Origin: Candidatus Woesebacteria bacterium
GTDB lineage: Bacteria; Patescibacteriota; Microgenomatia; UBA1400; UBA1396
Assembly: GCA_963749595.1 (NCBI GenBank)
Contig: CAVVNJ010000008.1
Span: 107,241 to 171,240 of the forward strand
Reading direction: 5' to 3'
Length of the DNA stretch: 64,000 bases
Below the pieces are notes generated by a model. That model did no database searches. It was given only the letters and a program-made list of their open reading frames with translations, and was not told the DNA's origin. Shown here piece after piece: positions 57,343-64,000 of the stretch. Each line of letters begins with the position of its first letter. The stretch's first letter is position 1. Position numbers and translations under genes: made by a program.

Positions 57343-59790
57343 GTGTGGTCAATCATTGGTGACTGGGTGCTTTCGCGCCGTCGGGGTGACGGTGGTTTTG
57401 TGATTCCTGGCGTCTTGGCCTTGGTGGGGATAGTGGCTTTAGCGATCTCGGTTGTTCCGGTACTTAATCTGGTGAATACCGGTAATTTCGATCTCCGACA
57501 ACTAGCCTATGTTGCACCGGCAGAAAGTTGTACTGAAGGTTGGAAGGCGGGTTGCGGACTATTGGGTTGTGCCGGCAACGCCCAGCGTTATTGCGAGGGC
57601 AGCAACTGGAGTTCTTGCCACACAATTGATGGCGAATGTGGTTATATTTCGTATAAACAACCCCAAGCCTCAGGTTGTCCATTTGGTACGCGGTTGACGG
57701 CAGCCGAGTGTGGCTCGTTGGGGGCCTCGGGACGAACATCACCGCATCCGACCAATCCTAGCCTGACCTGTTACGAATGCAATGTGCAAACAGTGGGTGG
57801 AGAAGCGGCAGCACCCTCGACACCCCGACCAAAAGCTAAATGTGAGTACGGAGGCAAACAATACAGCTCCGGCGATGGTTTCCGCTCGAGTTCCGGTGAC
57901 AAGGGTTGCCCTGGTGGTCAATGTCGCCAGTTGCGTTGTTCCGATGGAGCAATCGAGGAAGGCAAATGCTACGCTTGTCCCGGCAAAGCCGCGGCTCAGG
58001 AAGCGGTTGCCAGTCGGGAAAAACGGTCATACTCTTGCTATAGCGGTTCCGACTGTCGGGCCAACTCTTCGGAAACTCCCTGTAATGGTCAAGACACTTT
58101 TTGGACCCTCAACGAATGCCGAGCGGTAGCCACACCGGAATTATCCGAGGTATTTTGTTTTCTACCCAGTTATCCGTCAGCCGCACCTTGTTCGGAGCGG
58201 AAAGAATTGACGGGCGCCAAGTGTCAAGCGGAAAATAACGAATTCACCAGTCGAGTCGACTGTATCGCCAAATTAGACGAACAAACCAGGGCTATTCCTG
58301 AAGCTCAGTGTACCAAGGCGACAGGGCGGGCAAATAATTGCAGTTGTATTGCCAGTTTTCAGTGTCAGTCCGGCTACTGCGCCACATTTGGGAGTAGCGA
58401 TGGGGTTTGTCAGATCGCGCCGACTCCGACTCCTCAACCAACCCCTTCGGCCGAACCCTCACCCACCTCAACTCCGAAACCCACCCCGACGGTTACGCCC
58501 CTGTTTAAAACTAACGATGAATCGTGCATCGACCACGACGAGTGTTTGAGCGGCTACTGTGCTCCTTCAGCTTTCTCGGCCGCTGGTGGATTTTGCCAAC
58601 GAAAATACTGTGAATCAGGTGAGCGCCGCTGCAGTGGACCGTCCCTACTGGTTTGTACTGATCCGGCTAAGCCGATGACGGAGGTTGATTTTTGCCAATA
58701 CGGCTGCTATCCCGATCCGGATAACGGGGAATTATTAAGTTGCAAAGAAGACCAAGCATCTTTTGTGCCTCCGGTGGCTACTTGCTGGCGGGGAGTTGGT
58801 CAGAACTGCTTGCAATTTCGCGGCGCGATCTGTTTGGAACCAGGATCGTACCCATATGAAGAGGGAATCGCCGAAAATGAGGATCAAGCTGGTTATCAAC
58901 GATGTCAGGAAGATCGATTAATTGATCAAGCTAAAGTAGAAGCGGCAAAGCAATGTTTTGTCATTCGCGGCGGGGCTTGCCAATCGGCTTCTGGACCAGA
59001 TTGTGAACCAAAAAGTTATGCTTCGGTGGGAGAGTGTCATTTGGCCCAGAACCCGGTTTGGTCAGGGGGCAACGAATGTTATTGCACTAGTGAGTCTGGC
59101 CTTAACGTCTTGTGTGAGCGTCAGTCTCTTTGTTGCAGCGATCCGGATTTTGCTGCTCGTAGCGGTGCCTGTATTTCCCAAATTGCCACTGGCGAACCAG
59201 TCGGGCCGGAAGCAGCCAGAGCGGCCGAAGCAAAAATGGCCACTTGCCAGGCCGTGTCGACCGGGCTAATCAGTGACTGTCAGGGTGAAGAAGCCAGCAC
59301 CCTCTGTCAAGTTGATAGCGAAACCGAGTTTTGGTGCACCGAACTGATTATCCGGTCGGCCCAGGCAGTGGGAATTGATTTGGAAGAAAGTTGCACGGTG
59401 CGGAATATGCAAGACGATTTTATTGCTCACGAAGCTTTTAGTCCCCTGAGCGGTGCCGACCCGGGCTTTTTGGAGCCAGGCATGGTAGTCTTTATGACCG
59501 TTATTCCAGGAGTTGCCGGTCAGACCGGACACGTTGGCATGATCAGTGAGGAGGGCGTGAGTTGCTACCACGAAGCGGCGACTAATGAAGAGATCTGTTT
59601 TCTTCCAGTGGTGCAGGCTAATGCAGTCGGAGATAAAATAGTCTTTACCAGCATTAACGGCGAGGTGCAATGTGCTAGCTCTTGTTCGGCTGAGGAAGCA
59701 AATTGTTCCGACCCTAAAGCGGGTCCGCTGCTTTGTCCAGCCGGAGTGGGGAGTCTATCGGCCTACCAAGAAAGTACGATGGGAATATGA
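57343..59790 (+). CDS. large Cys-rich surface protein with PT-rich linker and C-terminal CHAP-like (Cys/His amidase-peptidase) domain
   Basis: 815 aa; N-terminal TM/signal anchor (VIPGVLALVGIVALAISVVPVL), many Cys including repeated C.SGYCA modules (QCQSGYCATFGSSDGVCQ; ECLSGYCAPSAFSAAGGFCQ), linker APTPTPQPTPSAEPSPTSTPKPTPTVTP. C-terminal ...LEESCTVRNMQDDF...PGMVVFMT...GQTGHVGMISEEG matches the CHAP pattern (catalytic Cys ... G.VVF ... GHVxxI). Confidence 0.55.
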   Translation: MWSIIGDWVLSRRRGDGGFVIPGVLALVGIVALAISVVPVLNLVNTGNFDLRQLAYVAPAESCTEGWKAGCGLLGCAGNAQRYCEGSNWSSCHTIDGECGYISYKQPQASGCPFGTRLTAAECGSLGASGRTSPHPTNPSLTCYECNVQTVGGEAAAPSTPRPKAKCEYGGKQYSSGDGFRSSSGDKGCPGGQCRQLRCSDGAIEEGKCYACPGKAAAQEAVASREKRSYSCYSGSDCRANSSETPCNGQDTFWTLNECRAVATPELSEVFCFLPSYPSAAPCSERKELTGAKCQAENNEFTSRVDCIAKLDEQTRAIPEAQCTKATGRANNCSCIASFQCQSGYCATFGSSDGVCQIAPTPTPQPTPSAEPSPTSTPKPTPTVTPLFKTNDESCIDHDECLSGYCAPSAFSAAGGFCQRKYCESGERRCSGPSLLVCTDPAKPMTEVDFCQYGCYPDPDNGELLSCKEDQASFVPPVATCWRGVGQNCLQFRGAICLEPGSYPYEEGIAENEDQAGYQRCQEDRLIDQAKVEAAKQCFVIRGGACQSASGPDCEPKSYASVGECHLAQNPVWSGGNECYCTSESGLNVLCERQSLCCSDPDFAARSGACISQIATGEPVGPEAARAAEAKMATCQAVSTGLISDCQGEEASTLCQVDSETEFWCTELIIRSAQAVGIDLEESCTVRNMQDDFIAHEAFSPLSGADPGFLEPGMVVFMTVIPGVAGQTGHVGMISEEGVSCYHEAATNEEICFLPVVQANAVGDKIVFTSINGEVQCASSCSAEEANCSDPKAGPLLCPAGVGSLSAYQESTMGI

Positions 59791-60479
59791 GAGTCTGGTC
59801 AAAAGCGGTTCGTTTAAGTTTAGTGATTTTCTTGGCGGTGCTGCTGATTTTTGCCAGCTGGCGCTCTGGACAGCGCGTCATTAGCCCCCCAATTATCAAA
59901 GTTGTTCCGGTGGCAGGTGAGCGGTTCGCCGATCTTCAGTCTCCGGTGACCATTACTGCGGAGAGCCCTTGGTTTGGCCCCCTGATCGGTCAACTTTCTC
60001 TGATCCTTAATGGTGATGATACTTATTACCGATCGGCGCCCGAGTTGGTCGATTCACGGACACTGCAGTTTTCTAACGATCGAGCGTTGGCCAATGACAC
60101 AGAATATTTGGCCGAATTACGGTTGGGACCGCTAAAAATTACCTCCTGGAGTTTCAAGACTTCTAGCTTGGAATATGGGGAAAAGGCCGTTCAAGGACAA
60201 GAAATCATTACGAGTTCGCGTGTGGTTGGCAGCTTCTTTCAGAATTTATACACTAACCAGCCATTTTTGAAGTCCTATCCGATCCGGACCGCCAATTATT
60301 TTGTTACTTATGATGGTGAAAGAGACACGTTCCTAATTGGTTTAATCGACCAAGGCACTGATAGGTTAGCGGCCATTGCACGCTCGCAAGCTGAGATTTT
60401 TGCCGTCATGAAAGAAACCGGGGTCGACCCGACCCAGGTGAAGATCGAGTGGAAACTGGTTACACCCATTAAACGGTGA
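59787..60479 (+). CDS. membrane-anchored hypothetical protein, translationally coupled to the CHAP protein
   Basis: ATG overlaps the upstream TGA (ATGA at 59787-59790); N-terminal TM helix (LSLVIFLAVLLIFASW), about 200-aa extracytoplasmic domain with no motif. Confidence 0.4.
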   Translation: MRVWSKAVRLSLVIFLAVLLIFASWRSGQRVISPPIIKVVPVAGERFADLQSPVTITAESPWFGPLIGQLSLILNGDDTYYRSAPELVDSRTLQFSNDRALANDTEYLAELRLGPLKITSWSFKTSSLEYGEKAVQGQEIITSSRVVGSFFQNLYTNQPFLKSYPIRTANYFVTYDGERDTFLIGLIDQGTDRLAAIARSQAEIFAVMKETGVDPTQVKIEWKLVTPIKR

Positions 60480-60504
60480 GGTATACTGGTAATCGGAGGT
60501 TTCT

Positions 60505-61092
60505 ATGAATTTACCGATTATTGTTCTAGCTATTTTGGTTGTCTTGGCTTTCTACGTCATTGCGGTCTACAACGGTTTGCAGACCCTGTTGACTCAGATC
60601 GAGGCTTCGATCCAGGAGATCGGCAACCAGCTCAAGCGCCAGGCCAGCTTGATCCCCAACTTGGAGAATTCAGTCAAGGCTTACCTCAAGCATGAAAAGG
60701 GAGTTTTTGAACTCTTGGCTGATGCCCGCAAGCATATTGCTGATGCCACCGAGAAAACCAGCGGTGCTAATCTGGATAAGGTCGAAAAAGACCTGCAGGC
60801 CTTAGTGCCGAAACTGCAGATTGCCGTCGAGGATAACCCCGAGCTGAAAGCCAATGAAACGATCCAACAGTTTATGGCCGAGTTACGCGACACGGCCGAC
60901 AAGCTGATGTACTCTCGCCGGGCGGTGATCGACTTGACTCAGAACTTCAATGAGAAGTTAGTTACCTTCCCGTCCAACTTGGTGGCCAAGGCCTTTGGTT
61001 TCCGCAAGCAGGCGGGACTGGCAACGGCCGCAACCGGTCCGCACCTGGAAGTTTCCCGGGCGGAGATGGAAGAGCCCAAAGTTAGTCTTTAA
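60505..61092 (+). CDS. lemA: LemA family protein
   Basis: N-terminal TM helix plus LemA core (AVYNGLQTLLTQIEASIQEIGNQLKRQASLIPNLENSVKAY...). Confidence 0.8.
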   Translation: MNLPIIVLAILVVLAFYVIAVYNGLQTLLTQIEASIQEIGNQLKRQASLIPNLENSVKAYLKHEKGVFELLADARKHIADATEKTSGANLDKVEKDLQALVPKLQIAVEDNPELKANETIQQFMAELRDTADKLMYSRRAVIDLTQNFNEKLVTFPSNLVAKAFGFRKQAGLATAATGPHLEVSRAEMEEPKVSL

Positions 61093-61097
61093 CCAAG

Positions 61098-62000
61098 ATG
61101 TCCATTTACGCCGAAGTCGCGAGCAACAAGCGCAAGTCCTGGTTGGTGGTGGGCGGGTTTTTTGCTTTTTTCTCCCTGGTGATCTATGTCTTTTCGACGG
61201 TTCTGGGTTATGACCTTTCCACCATGGGGTTTTTCTTCGTCCTGAGCGGTCTAAGTTCCTGGGCCGGATACTGGTATTCAGATAAAATCATTCTCGGTTT
61301 GAGCGGCGCGCGGCCAGCCAGCCGGGAGCGGGATTTTCATTTCTATACCGTGACCGAAAATCTTTGCCTGGCCGCGCGCCTGCCTTTGCCTAAGCTCTAC
61401 GTGATTGAAGACACGGCTATGAACGCTTTCGCCACTGGACGCGATCCGGAACACGCGGTGGTTTGTGCGACCACGGGATTGCTGAAGCGACTCGATCGGA
61501 CCGAACTGGAAGGAGTAGTTGCCCATGAGCTGTCACACGTACAGAATTATGATATTCGCCTGATGTCGGTGGTGGCGGTGCTAGTCGGCCTGATCGCTTT
61601 GTTGGCTGACTATTTTTTGCGCTTTGGTGGCTTGGGCGGAAGGCGGCGGCGCGATGACCGGGAAGGAAATGTCGGTGCAATTCTGTTAGTAATTGGTGTG
61701 GTCTTGGCTTTTCTTTCGCCGATTATCGCCCAGCTGATTCAATTGGCGATTTCCCGGAATCGGGAGTTTTTGGCGGACGCGAGCGGGGCGAAACTGACCC
61801 GCCATCCTGATGGCTTAGCCCGGGCGTTGGAAAAACTGGAGCTCGACCGGGAGCCGTTGGAAGCGGCGAACAAGGCCACGGCCCACCTTTATATCGTTAA
61901 TCCCCTGAAGAACCATCACGACGCCGTCGGTTGGTTTGCCGGACTATTTGCCACCCACCCGCCGGTGAAAGAGCGAATCGCCAAATTGAGGGCATTGTAG
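61098..62000 (+). CDS. htpX: M48-family zinc metalloprotease HtpX-like
   Basis: TM helices, HEXXH VVAHELSHVQNYD and a downstream E; usual LemA-HtpX pairing. Confidence 0.8.
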   Translation: MSIYAEVASNKRKSWLVVGGFFAFFSLVIYVFSTVLGYDLSTMGFFFVLSGLSSWAGYWYSDKIILGLSGARPASRERDFHFYTVTENLCLAARLPLPKLYVIEDTAMNAFATGRDPEHAVVCATTGLLKRLDRTELEGVVAHELSHVQNYDIRLMSVVAVLVGLIALLADYFLRFGGLGGRRRRDDREGNVGAILLVIGVVLAFLSPIIAQLIQLAISRNREFLADASGAKLTRHPDGLARALEKLELDREPLEAANKATAHLYIVNPLKNHHDAVGWFAGLFATHPPVKERIAKLRAL

Positions 62001-62050
62001 TTTTATCACTCCTCTTGATTGATTGCTAAGGCGCGTTACAATAATTGGGT

Positions 62051-64000
62051 ATGAATATGTACCCCGCTCCAGAAGAGAAGAAACTTGAGGATTTCACCAC
62101 CGATATCACGGCTTTGGCGCGCGATGGCAAGCTCGATCCGGTTATTGGCCGCGAGGGAGAAATACGCCGAATTATCCAGGTATTATCCCGGCGCACCAAG
62201 AATAATCCCGTGTTGGTCGGCGAACCCGGAGTGGGCAAGACGGCCGCGGTCGAGGGTTTGGCCCAGCGGATCGTCAATGACGACGTGCCCAGTTCCCTGC
62301 GGGGCAAGCGGATTTTGTCATTGGAGATGGCGTCGATTTTAGCCGGCGCCAAATTCCGCGGTGAGTTCGAGGAGCGGTTGAAGATGGTGATCGAGGAAGT
62401 GATAAAGTCCGATGGGCAGATTATTTTGTTCATCGACGAGCTGCACACCATTGTCGGGGCGGGCGGGGCGGAAGGGGCGGTGGATGCCGGCAACATGCTT
62501 AAGCCGGCGCTCGCGCGCGGACAGCTGCGCTTAATCGGTTCGACCACGCTCAATGAATACCGGCTTCGTATCGAGAAGGATTCCGCGCTCGAGCGCCGCT
62601 TCCAACCCGTCTTCATTGAACCGCCCAGCGTGGAGGATACCGTTTCCATCCTGCGGGGTTTGAAGGAACGCTATGAACTGCACCATGGCGTGCGCATTAC
62701 CGATGACGCCCTGGTGGCGGCGGCCGAACTTTCCGACCGTTATATCCCCGCCCGGTTCCTGCCGGACAAGGCGATTGATTTGGTCGATGAGGCGGCGTCG
62801 TCCCTGAAGATTGAGACCGAGTCCGATCCGGCGGAAATCGATTCGCTCAAGCGCAAAAAAACCCAGCTGGAGATCGAGGAAAAAGCCCTGAAGAAGGAGT
62901 CCTCGGCGGAGTCGCAGGAACGGTTGGTTGTTGTGCGGCGCGAGCTGGAGGAACTCAACGTGCGCCTGAAGGATCTACAGCGCCGGTGGGATGAACAAAA
63001 AAAGTTATTACTTACCTTGCAGCAAGCTCGCGCCGCGCTGGAAACCAAGAAGGCGGAACTGGAAAAGGCCGAACGCAACGTGGAGCTGGAGAAAGCGGCG
63101 GAAATCAAGTACGGCCAGATCCCGGATCTGCAGAAAAAAATGGAGGCCGCCCAAAAAGCTTGGTCGGAAATACCGCCGTCGGATCGCTTGTTGAAAGAGG
63201 AAGTCGACGAGGAGGACATTGCCAAAGTGGTCGGCAAATGGACCGGCATTCCGGTGCGGCAACTGGTCAAGAACGAAAGCGAGCGGTTGCTGCAGCTGGA
63301 AAAAGAACTGGGCCAAAGAGTGATCGGCCAGGAAGAAGCCTTGGAAGCGGTGGCCAATGCCATCCGCCGTTCCCGCGCCGGTATTGCCGAACGCAACAAG
63401 CCGTTGGCGACCTTCCTTTTCCTGGGACCGACCGGCGTCGGCAAAACCGAAACCGCCAAAGCCTTGGCTGACATCATGTTCGGTGACGAGCGGGCGATGG
63501 TTCGGCTGGACATGAGTGAGTATTCCGAATCCCACACCATCGCGCGGTTAATCGGCGCCCCGCCCGGATATATCGGTTACGAGTCCGGCGGCCAGTTGAC
63601 CGAAGCCGTGCGTCGGCGGCCTTACAGCGTGATTTTGCTGGATGAGATCGAAAAAGCAGACACGCAAATTTTCAACACTTTTTTGCAGGTCTTTGACGAC
63701 GGCCGACTGACCGACGGACAGGGGCGGACGGTCGACTTCACCAATACCGTGATCATTATGACTTCGAACGTCGGTTCCGACTTAATGCTGGAGCGGGCGG
63801 AAAAGAAAGTTTCGGCGGAGGAGCTGCAGGAGGAAATCTGGAAAAGGCTGCGCTCGATCTTCAAGCCGGAGTTTCTCAACCGGATCGACCACATCATCAT
63901 GTACGAGCCGTTAAATACGGAACAGTTACTGAAGATCGTCGATTTACAACTTGGGGCAATGGAGAAAATGCTCAAGGAACACAAAGTCTCGCTCGAGCTG
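62051..64000 (+). CDS. clpB: ClpB-type AAA+ disaggregase (N-domain-less; 3' end beyond the window)
   Basis: Begins directly at the NBD1 linker ([13 protein letters not shown]), Walker [10 protein letters not shown], Walker B ILFIDELH, long coiled-coil M-domain (about 62800-63200), NBD2 Walker [20 protein letters not shown]. The ORF is open to the window end; antisense ORFs in the track here are shadows. Confidence 0.85.
   Translation, partial: MNMYPAPEEKKLEDFTTDITALARDGKLDPVIGREGEIRRIIQVLSRRTKNNPVLVGEPGVGKTAAVEGLAQRIVNDDVPSSLRGKRILSLEMASILAGAKFRGEFEERLKMVIEEVIKSDGQIILFIDELHTIVGAGGAEGAVDAGNMLKPALARGQLRLIGSTTLNEYRLRIEKDSALERRFQPVFIEPPSVEDTVSILRGLKERYELHHGVRITDDALVAAAELSDRYIPARFLPDKAIDLVDEAASSLKIETESDPAEIDSLKRKKTQLEIEEKALKKESSAESQERLVVVRRELEELNVRLKDLQRRWDEQKKLLLTLQQARAALETKKAELEKAERNVELEKAAEIKYGQIPDLQKKMEAAQKAWSEIPPSDRLLKEEVDEEDIAKVVGKWTGIPVRQLVKNESERLLQLEKELGQRVIGQEEALEAVANAIRRSRAGIAERNKPLATFLFLGPTGVGKTETAKALADIMFGDERAMVRLDMSEYSESHTIARLIGAPPGYIGYESGGQLTEAVRRRPYSVILLDEIEKADTQIFNTFLQVFDDGRLTDGQGRTVDFTNTVIIMTSNVGSDLMLERAEKKVSAEELQEEIWKRLRSIFKPEFLNRIDHIIMYEPLNTEQLLKIVDLQLGAMEKMLKEHKVSLEL

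Noticed and set aside
62026-63984. Minus-strand ORFs 62026..62649, 62740..63540, 63008..63535, 63622..63984 and plus-strand ORFs 62085..62342, 62991..63194, 63160..63471
   Set aside because: Low-complexity Ala/Ser/Arg-rich shadow ORFs lying within or out of frame to the well-supported clpB coding frame.

Overview
Compact, gene-dense bacterial chromosome segment of about 50% GC that uses the standard code (UGA terminates several well-defined genes). From gene content it looks like a Patescibacteria/CPR-like organism; that is inference only. Content: housekeeping genes (glyS, rpmG, miaA, ftsH, clpB, lexA, uvrB, xerC/D-like recombinase, htpX, lemA, maf), the mntH-mntR manganese module, a two-component system (PAS histidine kinase plus receiver), an ABC exporter, five tRNAs (Thr-TGT, Ser-TGA, Gln-TTG, Thr-CGT, Asp-GTC) and a tmRNA. 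It also holds an unusually large cell-envelope glycosylation complement: seven or more GT-C/GT39-like membrane glycosyltransferases, a YfhO-like enzyme, three GT2 polyprenyl-phosphate sugar synthases, UbiA-like and MraY/WecA-like enzymes, and ugd. Main second-look items: (1) two loci riddled with 1-nt homopolymer-type frameshifts, the rmd-like/gmd/GT2-GtrA block and uvrB, plus a single frameshift in the essential glyS, while all neighbours are intact; this is either local assembly error or real pathway decay. (2) A perfect CTGT-N8-ACAG palindrome, the E. coli-type LexA box, in the ogt/lipoprotein divergent promoter. (3) Two tandem paralogous HExxH proteins inserted next to tRNA-Thr. (4) An 815-aa Cys-rich, PT-linker, CHAP-domain surface protein translationally coupled to a membrane protein, upstream of lemA-htpX. 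(5) A Pol-beta-type nucleotidyltransferase of unknown function beside lexA. (6) A short dispersed palindromic repeat (GGGTCAGACCC core). (7) A 560-bp noncoding gap with degenerate direct repeats. (8) An HNH endonuclease CDS that overlaps tRNA-Ser. No CRISPR array, rRNA, transposase or prophage integrase was seen.
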